Assembly: GCA_002269645.1 (NCBI GenBank)
Contig: NIVC01004957.1
Span: 1 to 30,150, forward strand
Origin: Macrostomum lignano
Lineage: Eukaryota
Length of the DNA: 30,150 nt
Direction: 5' to 3'
Shown piece by piece: positions 10,501 to 21,263 of this stretch. A program made the translations under genes and the position numbers. The notes below the pieces were generated by a model. That model did no database searches, was not told the DNA's origin, and saw only the letters and a list, made by a program, of their open reading frames with translations. Position 1 is the stretch's first letter; each line of letters starts with the position of its first letter.

Positions 10501-13500
10501 AAATCTTGTATACAATACTGAGCTCAAATAATGATACAGACAAACAAACAAACCTTTTTTGTTTAAATCGGTTACATTTATTCAATATACATTATTGACA
10601 TTGCTAGTTAGTTGTCTGGCTGTGCAAAGCTTCTGGTAAGTTCTGGCTTCGCGGCCGAGGAAAGGGTTTTTATAGAATGGCTTGTATAAATTTAGTGTGA
10701 CCTAGCAGAGCACAAAAACGGGGGGAGTTCAATCAATACGAGCTATTAGAGTCACGGGCCCAACACGCAGCTAAAAATAGAATCAGCAACGACGCCAACC
10801 CTTGTTTAGGGGGAGCCAATGTACAAAGACTGTACATAAAGAATGTACAGTTAGGACCCCCCTGAGCCGGACGTCTGATTCTGACCATACAAGGGACTTT
10901 TAGTTAAAGGTTGATTTTACAACGGTAGATTGCTTGGCACGTCAGCTGAATTAAATAATGGTTGAAATACGAGCGCTACTTTTCTGGCCATGGTTTAGGG
11001 TCTACGACAATTGACTGCCACAACTTGACTGCCGCAATTCGACTGTGGACAATGACTGTGGACAAAATAGAGATAAGAGGAACAAAAACATGACGACCAT
11101 TTGCTTTGCTCCACCCATTGACCAATGGCTCCGACCAATTGCTAGAAAGTGACCTTGGGATTTTCGCGTCTCTAATGGATTCCCCTAGCCCATAGACAAT
11201 AGAATATATGAACATCCATCATGCTGCTTAGTCGTGACGGATTCCCCTATGCACATAGACAATCCAATGAGAATATGGAGCGATTGGTTGGAGCAACTGG
11301 TTGGAGCAACTGGTTGGAGCAACTGGTTGGAGCAACTGGTCGGAGCAACTGGTCATAAACATTATCTAACTAGTCGAGTAATATTGTTTTAATAGTACTG
11401 TTGTTTTAATAATAGCATCGTTTTAATAGCAGTGTCGTTTTAATAATATTATTATTTTTATATATTTTTATAGTAGCGTTTTAATAGTAGTGTTTTAATA
11501 GTAGCGTTTAATAGTAACGTGTCCATATAACCATGGACATTGACCATAACCATTCAAATGAACATGAAAAACATTTTAATTTGAATTTTTTGAAAATTTT
11601 CCATGAAACAAAGTGCTCCGTATTGTAAATTTAGAACTGCCGTCTTTGCATGTATACAGGAAAACGTCGTTCTACTTGACGTCGCTACGACTAATGGCAT
11701 CAGTATGATATTTCACCGAACGACACATATACTCAACAACATTAAAAAGTCGCCACCTTTGAGAGTCCGTAATACTCGTAAATTCTAGCTGAGTATTGAC
11801 ATTTGAGTGACGCAACTTGCGCCACGCGACGCAGAATTGGGCTGGGTGAGGAGGGATTGGGAAGAGCGGAGGGCGAAGATTGGATGGATTGAAGCTTCCG
11901 CCCGGTTTTTATTGTTTTTTTTCAAGCATTTTTTAATATCAAAATGGTTGGCCAGGTGATAGACGCTGGTCGAAAGACACTGCTCACTGGGGCAAAGGGT
12001 GGCGACTTTTCAATGTTGCTGAGTATACATGTAGTCGTAAAAAGGGTGAAAAAGTGCTCAAATTTAGGAGCATCATTTTGTTGGCCAGTAATTTTGTCCA
12101 CAGTCATTTTGTCAATAGTCAAATCGCCGACCCCTGACATAACAGATAGGTTATAACACGCTGAAGTGGTTTGCAGACGTCAACAATTTACTATAGGTGC
12201 AGCCGTAATGTACATTAGCGAGAGTAGAGATTGGGCCCCCTTCTATAAAGCCATTGAAAGATAAGATTCTTCTTAACTCCCATCTCCATAGTGTAAAAGT
12301 TCTGACGTACGATCGAACTTACACTACGACAGCTTTATAGTACGATCCCTTTGTGTGGAAAGACGTGGCCGGAAGGCCAATAAACGAGTTAATGTCAGTG
12401 AGAGTTCCTTACCTCAAATAACGCCGCCTGAGGCGTGGCCAGCTCGCTAAACGGCGGCTGACCGCTGACCATCTCGACGGCGGTGCAGCCAAACGACCAG
12501 ACGTCGGTAGGATAGCCGTAGCCCTCGTCGCCGAGGTTGGCCGCCTCCGGGCTCATGTAGCGAAAGGTTCCAGCAAAGGTGGCAACTGCATTGTGGAAAC
12601 CCCGCAATCGTCTACTGGTGCCAAAGTCCGTAATTTTGATTAAACCGCTGTACGCGTTAACAAGGATATTGTCCGACTTGATGTCCCGATGCACAATGCG
12701 ATTCTCGTGCAGATAATGCAAGCCCTGTAGAATCTGATGCGAATAGTGCGCAGTGGTGTCCTCGCGCAGGGCACCGACTCGCTTAATTAGGGCAGTCAAT
12801 GAGCCGCCGGGTACCTGGGGTGCAAAACAAAAGTTCAATTTTAATCATGTGCCGCAAAGTGGAGAGCTCGCAAACGGGTAAAGACTGTCCTAAGTTTAGG
12901 GCAGAGCAGCTCAGCGGTAAACACGTCCAACTCTCGCGCCACGAAGCCCTGGTTCGATTCCTGGAAGTCAGAGCCGCTGTGCACCCTGTGTGAGCGAGTG
13001 CACGAGTGCGTGCCTGCGCACAGTATTGGCGCGCTTGCGTGTCCTCAAGAGTCAGCGGAATGGGGCAGAATTGCCGTCAGCGCGCTCAGTTGCCAGTTGC
13101 CTCAATTGCTACAGGCATATTAGTAGCAAATTGTCGGTAGCAAAATGAAGTGACACATTTTGGCTCTAGAAAGCTCCCATCCAGATGGAATGTATTTTAA
13201 CCAACGAATGCGCTCCAACTAGCAAAAGCTGAAGACACGACCCCAACCTCAACCAATGAAAAACAGCTATGTACCATCCAACGCGATCAAGACTGAAAAG
13301 TACTATAAAAGCTCATGTTAACTAAGCAAGAAGCTCGCCTGGCCTCGCCTCTCTTCCGCCTCTCTTTTCCTTCCTCGCCATTCTAGCTTACCTCCTTTGA
13401 CTACTTTTGATTGACACTGCTAGGGTCTCAACCCAAACACTAAAACTGATAAATTGACTCACTAAAACTAAAACAACAACCAACCCACGTTCCACAATAG

Positions 13501-16500
13501 ACTTCCACAATAGGTTCACCCGAACACTTAGAAACCCCTTGGAACTCGAACAAAACGAGCTTCTTATTTGGAATTCCATCTTAGACATTATATTTTGTAA
13601 GATAACATCTCGAGATTGTGACCATCAAATACAACGGTCTGTAAGTTACCATCAAGTGTTTGCATCATCAGGAAAAGTCAATTGAATCCGTCGCCTCAGT
13701 TATTTGGCTCTCAAATTGATATTTGAAATAGACATAGAGCCATAGAAGTGAGAGACCAGAAGAACGAGAACATATATTTTAAAATATTTCAAAAACTTTT
13801 ATCATTTCGTAAGACGAGAGAGAAACCCGGTTAGGGAGGTAGCAAAAAAATAAACTTTTGAAATAAACTACATGTAGGTTTTTGACCTTGTACAGTCGCC
13901 ATAGTCGTCATGGTTTAATTCTCTAAGATGGTCTTCCCGCTACGTAAGCCTCTGATATGGCGTCAATATCTATTATTTTTCAAAACAAAAGTTTTTCGCA
14001 AGTGCTATTCAAGTATAACTGAAGGTTTATTCCATATATATACCGTACTCAGCAACGTTGAAAACCGCCATTCTAGACCCGGTGCGCCTGAGAGAGGGTT
14101 GGAAAATCTTGCGTCACTTGTAGTGTAGCGAGCTGAAGTCAGTCCAGCATTCGGTCATTTGGGACTACTTCATAGGACGCTACACTCGAAAATCGTGCAA
14201 ATTTGATTGGAGGCCAGTTTTCGTTGCAAACTTACGGAACGCCACGAAGTGTGACAATTTTTAAATGATTCATTTTTGTTAATCTCATTTACCTATTAAA
14301 CCTTAACAAGTGCAATCATAATCAGCACCGCGCTCTCACCTGTTCCATGAAGATCTTGACAACGCCAGCCTCGGACACGGAGCCCAGCAGGCCAACAATA
14401 TTCCGGTGGTGCAGCCGGCTCTGAAGTCGGATCTCCTCGTGCAGAGCCTGCACATGGGGCACCCGGTCCTCAGAGATCTCCTTCACGGCGATCTTCATCT
14501 GCAGAGCGGCAAAGTTGTTTGCGGAAATTTAGTCGTCTTTATTTATTAGCGATCAACACGCGCACGCACATAGACACAGAGTCTTCCAAAAATGAGTTGT
14601 TGCATCATTGAATCACACCAGCTACTCATGTGCAAAGCAATGAAACTGCACAGTACAATACAAATCATCCATGCGACACTAAACTAGCTCTTAAGGCTTG
14701 TCCACACCGCCATCAAATACGGCCAAATTTTGTGTGATTACTTTGTACATTGGTCGTGTGACTCAGTGACTCATTTGAGGGCAAAGTGTATTGAGCCTTT
14801 AAAAACATCTTAAATATCACACAGAGATTGGCCTTCTTGAACTTTAGGTACGTAAAATACTTCCAATTTTTTTTTGAAACTTTCGCCAGAGTCTTAGAGT
14901 CTTAGAATTTTCCCCTAGGACCCCCCCCCCTCAGTCTCCGAATTTATCTATCTAATCTTCAATAGACCTCCATGCCTCTACTGAAGTTTAGGTATGTAAA
15001 ATAAATCCCCATGAAGATTCTCCCCACCCTAACACCCCCATTCCCCATGCCTCGGTTGTTGGTAGTTGTCAGCCCCCCCTTGAGACTTGCCCCCCCCCCT
15101 GAGTCTCCGAATTTATCTACCTAATCTTCAATAGACCCCTATACCTCTATTGAAGTTTAGGTACGTAAAATCGATCCCCATGAAGATTCTCCCCACCCTA
15201 AACCCCCCCATTCCCCATGCCCCAGTGGTTGGCTTTAAGCTACAAAAAATGAAGCTCAAATTTGAAATCAGCACCATCAAAAACCCCTATAGAGAGAAAA
15301 TTATGATCCTATTGAAATTGCAACTATTTTATCTACCTAAAGTTCAAGAAGGCCCTAAGCTGAGACTTGTCGACAGCACCAACCTGTCGCTTCAGTTCGA
15401 TGGCGCTGTACACAATTCCGAATGAGCCGCGGCCGAGCTCCCGCCTCTGTCCGGACGGCGTCAACTCGTAGTCGAAATTCAACACCGGCTCGAAGCCGCC
15501 GCTCCGCAGGCCGGGCTCGGCGCCGCGCGCCACCCCGGGCAGGTGGGCGGCTACGGCAGCGTAGAAGGCGGAGCGCGCCGGCCGGTTGGAAAACAGCAGG
15601 CGCAGATCGTCGCACAGAGTGAAAACGAAGGCGGCCCGGCGATGGCGCTGGGCCAGGCAGACCTGGCGCACCTGGTCCTCCGACAGGTTTAGGCGGAACT
15701 GGCCGCCGGACTTCGCGTCGACATCGCTGCTTGATTCAGTCGCAACTTCTATGGATTCACTGACGCCATGGACCGACAGCCAGCCTCTGCGGACCTGCGA
15801 TTTGGGGATGTTTTATCGCGTTCGAGATGCTTCTGGCTAAACAGTTGCACTAGAAATGAGCTTCTCGGTGGCCATTGTAGCTTTATTGTTTTTTTACGAA
15901 GAGCTACCTTTTCCTGAACCTGAGTTACAAGCCTCATTAGCGATAGCCATTCAATTGGCTTCCGGTATCCATTTGAACATATTAATAATGAAGCCGGAGG
16001 CAACTGTGTCAAACTGGGTATTGTTTCTCAAATCATTGTTTTATTGAGCGTCTATGATTCAACCTTAAATAACAAAATACAATAGATAAGTTCTATGTAG
16101 GCTAACTTAATTCACTTCTTGCACGAGTGCCAAAATCCAAGAATAGCTCCCTCAACACTCGTTCAACACTGGGTTCGTAAATAAACGGAATTAGAGTGGC
16201 TTACATGTACGATTGCGAATTCGAACTTAAATCTGCGTTCATAGAGAGTTCAGTTAAAATCCCACCTGGCTTTGTCTCATTCAGCCCCAGGCCAGTGCGA
16301 TTAATAAAAATATGAAAGATATTGGTTCCATTCCGTTGTGTTAAGTTAGCATAAAATCTCTATTTATTCCTAATTATCCCACAGACTGCTAGAAATATTG
16401 CTTAACATGTTTGCAGGTTCGGGCACAAAATGGCCTGACCCGCTGGCTCTCAACAGAGTACGGAGGTAGTTGAGGCCGAGTAGTTCAGCCGGTAACGCGC

Positions 16501-19500
16501 CGGACTCTTGCGGTCACAATAATTTGGGATCCGTACGGGGAAATTTGGCTCGAGGCTTTTTGTGTGATTCATGCCCGCGAAGGCCAAGGCACAGAGTGTG
16601 TACCTGCACAGGCTGATTAATTCCCGCGAAGGCCAAGGCACAGAGTGTGTACCTGCACAGGCTGATTAATTCCCGCGAAGGCCAAGGCACAGAGTGTGTA
16701 CCTGCACAGGCTGATTAATTCCCGCGAAGGCCAAGGCACAGAGTGTGTACCTGCACAGGCTGATTAATTCCCGCGAAGGCCAAGGCACAGAGTGTGTACC
16801 TGCACAGGCTGATTAATTCCCGCGAAGGCCAAGGCACAGAGTGTGTACCTGCACAGGCTGATTAATTCCCGCGAAGGCCAAGGCATAGAGTGTGTACCTG
16901 CACAGGCTGATTAATTCCCGCGAAGGCCAAGGCACAGAGTGTGTACCTGCACAGGCTGATTAATGCTCGTGAGGGCCAAGGCACAGAGTGCGTTATCTGT
17001 GCATGCCACATGTGAAATCAGAGTCTGCGTACCTATCCGTGTGCGTGTGCATGCTCACAGGTCTTTGTAGCGGGCATGACTGCTTGCCTCCTGTCTGACT
17101 AACTGAAACTCACCAGAACTCGCACCGGCCACTCGTCCGACTCAGTCTCGGCTAGCAGGGCCAGAAACTCCGCAGTGGGCGCAGCTTCCAACTCCACCAG
17201 AGACTCTTCCTCAGCTTCATCGTCGAGGCTGGGCGAGTCGGCCGCCATCTCCCGGAAATAGTCGAGCCAGAAGGTGAACAGCCGCGTCGGCTTGGGCTGT
17301 CGGAAGCGGTGAATCAGGGCCACCTTGTCCAGGGTGAGTCGCAGGTGCCACAGCGGCGGCTCCAGACGGTGCATACAGGCGGCGGCCTGGCAGGCCTTCG
17401 GATAGTTCTCCGTCAGCACGCTGACTTCAAAGAAGGACGCCACTAGCCAGTAGTCGGTGAGTGTCTCTACAGAGCCGCGGCGTCCCAGCATCCCGTTAAT
17501 TACCATGGCAACGTGCTGCAGTTCCTGGCTTTCGCCTTCGCCAGCGGCTAGCAGCATTGTGGCCAGGTTGATTCCTGAGAATTCGTTTGGCTGGGCCTGG
17601 AACGCCTGTCTGTACCTGCAGGGAGAAGATCAGCTTGTGCCAGATACGTGATAAACATTCTGTTCCTATCATACTTAAGAGTCAAAAGACCACTGAGTTC
17701 AAGAGGTCAAGCTAGATAGATATAGGAAATTCGGATTTTTCGACACAAAATCCGGGACTGTGCGAGTCTTAAAATTAAATATTCTCTCGCATATTAAATT
17801 ATATTAAAGTCAAACAGACAAAGGACGCCTGAAGCCCCTGGACTTAAGTTTCGCCCCTTCGCAAAAATCCTATTGTTTAAAAAACTCAGTAGAAAAGCGT
17901 TTATGTTTATTGAAATTTGTTTTATAGAACTTATGCTGGATTTGACATCGTTTGTTGGATCTGGAGTAAATTTAGGATCTTTGGTAGGATATCGGATGTC
18001 TTCCTGTCTTATTAAACCCAATTTAGTTTTTTAATCGTTTCTAATCCAAGTGGTTTGGCGGTCCACTAGCCAAAACGCACCAGTGCAGCGACAAGCTGAG
18101 AGTTTCCTTGTCCTGGCAGTCCGAATCGGTGAAGAGGTCTTTGTAAATGCGGCCCAGCAGCGCCAACAGAGAGGGCACCGGACGGTCGGCAGCTTCCAGA
18201 GCCGCGCTGGCTACTTGAAGCGCCCGCTGGCGATCGCCAGGTAGATTGCGACGGTTGAGAGCGAATGCGTAATAGTACTGGACCCCCTCGCTGCTGTTGT
18301 ACTGCTCGCCAACGTGCTCAATAAGCGTCACCATGCCCGAGTAGTCTTGCGCCTTTCTGCGTAATCCGGTTTTATCAAACTCATTCAAATAATAATCATG
18401 AAAATATTGTTGAGCTTCGATTTTCTTTGCTAAGGATAGATTATTCGAACCTGTAAGCCAGCAGGGTGGTCAGCAGCACCTCCGTGGAAAGCAGATCCGG
18501 GTCGTCCAGACGTTCTCTCATTCCGGCCAGCCGGGCTCTCAGCTCGCCGGGCCTCATGCGCTGATTAAGAGCGGCTCGCACCTCCGCCAGGTAAGCAGCC
18601 TGGCGTCTGGAGGGAAGCGATGCAGCAGCAATGGTGGAGAGGGGAGACTTCCAGCGGAGGATTAGGAAGAGCAGATGAGGATCAAGAAGAGCAGATGAGG
18701 ACAGAGAGCATATGAGGATCAGGAAGAGCATATGAGGATCAGGAAGAGCAGATGAGGACAAGAAGAGCAGATGAGGACAGAAGAGCAGATGAGGATCAGG
18801 AAGAGCAGATGAGGATCAGAAGAGCAGATGAGGACAGAAGAGCAGATGAGGATCAGGAAGAGCAGATGAGGATCAGGAAGAGCAGATGAGGATCAGAAGA
18901 GCATATGAGGATCAGAAGAGCAGATGAGGATCAGAAGAGCAGATGAGGATCAGGAAGAGCAGATGAGGATTAGAAAGAGCAGTAGATGATCAGAAAGAGC
19001 AGTAGATGATCAGAAGAGCAGTAGATGTTCAGGAAGGCAGTAGATGATCAGGAAGAGCAGTAGATGACCAGAAAGAGCAACAGATGATCAGGAAGAGCAG
19101 CGGATGATCAGATAAGGCGAGTAGGACTCGAACCTGGCCAAGGCGGACCGTCGCTGCTCCTTCACCAGCCGTTTCAATCGGCCGTAGAGCCGACCGCCGC
19201 CGCCGCCGGCGCCATCAGGCAGGACAATGCAGTGCCGCCGACCGCTCGGCCCCGTGCCAACCGAGCCAGTCGGGCTCGCGGCGGCCACGGTGTAGGCTAC
19301 GAGACGGTCAGACTCAGACAGCATCGACTGTTTGACAGAAGGGATCATCGAGGTAGAAATTAGGAGAAGAGGACGATAAATCTTAGAACGCCAGGAGCTC
19401 GCTCAATGCACTATTACGTACAGCAATAAAGATTTGCTTAAGTGCGAATGCAGCGCTGAACTTAAAAATGTTCAAAAACTGCTAGCAAAATTTGTAGATC

Positions 19501-21263
19501 GAAATTTCCATATAAATTTTCGAATTTACTATGCCAGCATTGTGGGAGCTGTCACTCCCGAAACCGGAAATTTCATAAATCTGTAAATTTCGTTACAACA
19601 AAATTGCCCCCACTTTGCATAATTCTGTCCATTCCGCTCACTCCCAGGCACATGCAAGCGCGCCAATGCTGTACGCAGACACGAACTCATGCAAACGCTC
19701 ACACAGGGTGTACAGCGGCCATTTGAATTTCGGATCGTCAGGCATGTACACTCTGTGTACCTTAGAGATTGGCGCTCATGGGTGTGAATCGCAACATGTA
19801 CCAATCGGCTAATTTTCGCGCACGGAATCGGTCAGACGCGCACGTTTAGCACTGAGCTGCCAGCTAATTTGCACTCACCCGCACAGACTCCGTGTCCTCA
19901 GCGCCTGAGTGCCAAAGCAGAGCCACATTGCCAAGCAGTCCCATGCTGGTGCGAACCTTCATCTGGTGCAGCAGGGTTAACCGCTGTGCCTGCCCAATGG
20001 GACATAATCAGGAGGACGGAAAAGCAAGAAGTGACACTGCGCGTGCAATCTAAGGCAGTACATGGTTACAGACGATTAAGCAAAACCACGGACCAGATTA
20101 ATTGCTTCCGGGTTTATATTGTCAAGGAAAATGCAAGAGTACATTAGTAATCACCTGCGTGTTATTATCTACGTTTGATAAATTAGAAAAGCAAACACAG
20201 GAGTAACCAAGGTTAAAAATAGGAAATGAAGTTACGAAGTTAAGAGATCAGCGGTATTACTTTAAAAATTCAAACGTGTTTCAGCTGCTACAAGCTGTTA
20301 TAATAGTGCGTTTGCATGAAATCTGATGCATGCATATTCACTGCAGAGTGATCATTAGTGCTAGCATTAACCCTTAGAACTCGCTACATTCTTGACAGGG
20401 ACTGAAGCACCTTCAGTACCTTGATAGTCATGTCCACAATGGCCACATCGGAATTGAAGAAATCCTGCAGCGCCTTCGTGCTACCATACTCAAGATGACT
20501 GTACTCAACCTTGCGGCAGGTGAGGCCAAGCCTGCAGAATGCAAATCATTATAAAATGCGAGGATTTTTGGAGCCAAGTTTATTGTTTCAAGCTGAAACT
20601 TTCGACCCTATAAAAGGTAGCTATTTGTTTACAGTATATCGATTGCAGAAATTACAGATACAAATGCATCAATTTTGCATGCCATCTATGTTTAGTGTCA
20701 TAGCGTGTGTTATGAAAAAAACAACTTTCATTTCGGCATCCTTAATTTGGACCCCACGGATGCCAAATTGGTTGCCTGTTTTCTGATCCGGATGCCCATT
20801 AATATAAGTTCAGTATTTTCGCAACTTCAGTGGGGTCAGCAATGTACAGGGTAGGGTAGAGATGTTGGCATTTTTTATTTTAAAATTTTCTGGCCGATGT
20901 CAGCTGGCATACGGGTTTTCAATTCGGTATGCGGAATTTGATGCTGACGCTTGCACATAGCAGTAAATACATACATGGTACTTATTTTTTGCCTGGAAGC
21001 TCTTTGGTTGATAAAATGTTCGAGTGAATACTCGTTAGGGTTTCTTATTAACCCCAGCATGCCATAGTTAGAAGCATTAGACAATAGTTAGGCAGCAGAT
21101 TAGACACAGCAAATAGGCCCGAGATTAACACAGCGCGCACCAACCTGCTGCATATCAGCTGCACATCGGCCAAGGCCGTTCGCATGGCCAACTGCAACCT
21201 GTCGCCATCGCCAACCGTCTGCTTCTGCTGGGTAACCACGCAAACCGTTTGCAGCAGCTCCAT
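7595..21263 (-). CDS. MAP3K5: ASK1/MAP3K5-family mitogen-activated protein kinase kinase kinase (MAP3K5/6/15-like), multi-exon, about 1120-1140 aa
   Basis: Exons (minus strand): 21263-21145, 20531-20420, 19989-19879, 19327-19134, 18606-18451, 18356-18081, 17615-17114, 15794-15384, 14498-14340, 12814-12413, 10315-10128, 9831(or 9897)-9468, 9340-9036 and 7658-7595. All introns are GT-AG with matching phases, totalling 3363 nt with the 9831 acceptor. The domain order matches ASK1: N-terminal thioredoxin-binding-like domain ([12 protein letters not shown]), TPR region ([36 protein letters not shown]), PH domain, kinase ([64 protein letters not shown]), HisK-N-like ([10 protein letters not shown]) and SAM (DLAEW...[22 protein letters not shown]). 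An extra small exon near 17033-17094 is possible. Confidence 0.95.
7731..9008. repeat. Minisatellite, about 34-bp unit TTTTGAGACACCAAAAACCCTCAAATYGGGCAGR, about 37 copies, filling the last kinase intron
   Basis: Tandem units read directly. The array lies inside intron 9035-7659, which splits the SAM domain. Confidence 0.96.
9914..10056. repeat. Minisatellite, 29-bp unit TGGAACTGAGGAGCTACTAAATACCCAGG, 5 copies (intronic)
   Basis: Units start at 9914, 9943, 9972, 10001 and 10030. Confidence 0.95.
10998..12134. mobile_element. Putative non-autonomous DNA-transposon/foldback remnant(s) with nested inverted repeats (kinase intron 10)
   Basis: Outer perfect 18-bp inverted repeat AATGACTGTGGACAAAAT (11051-11068 / 12091-12108) with GGGTC...GACCC-like ends. 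Inner pairs are 11728-11757 / 11998-12027 (28 of 30 matches) and 11128-11143 / 11331-11346 (15 of 16). Confidence 0.5.
11284..11353. repeat. 13-bp tandem repeat TTGGAGCAACTGG, about 5 copies
   Basis: Read directly. It is followed by a degenerate AT-rich TTTTAATAGTAG repeat at about 11385-11515. Confidence 0.85.
12908..13075 (+). mobile_element. tRNA-derived SINE-like element, copy 2 (antisense in kinase intron 9)
   Basis: A-box-like AGCTCAGCGGTAAA, B-box GGTTCGATTCC (12951-12961) and a 3' body homologous to 4225-4327. It lacks about 110 bp present in copy 1. Confidence 0.7.
14830..15354. mobile_element. MITE (525 bp) with 21-bp terminal inverted repeats and an internal duplication (kinase intron 8)
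   Basis: GGCCTTCTTGAACTTTAGGTA (14830-14850) is the exact reverse complement of TACCTAAAGTTCAAGAAGGCC (15334-15354). An internal segment of about 125 bp occurs twice (about 14925-15050 and 15095-15220). No exact target-site duplication is visible. Confidence 0.75.
16574..16992. repeat. Minisatellite, 49-bp unit CCCGCGAAGGCCAAGGCACAGAGTGTGTACCTGCACAGGCTGATTAATT, 8 near-identical copies plus 1 degenerate (kinase intron 7)
   Basis: Units start every 49 nt from 16574 to 16917, with a degenerate partial copy from about 16966. Confidence 0.97.
18663..19110. repeat. Minisatellite, 19-20-bp unit AGGAAGAGCAGATGAGGATC, about 22 copies, filling kinase intron 4
   Basis: Tandem units read directly. The array occupies most of intron 19133-18607. 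Confidence 0.95.

Noticed and set aside
10560-10720. Solo LTR (minus-strand TATAAAAA followed by AATAAA)
   Set aside because: No TG...CA boundaries with a target-site duplication could be defined.
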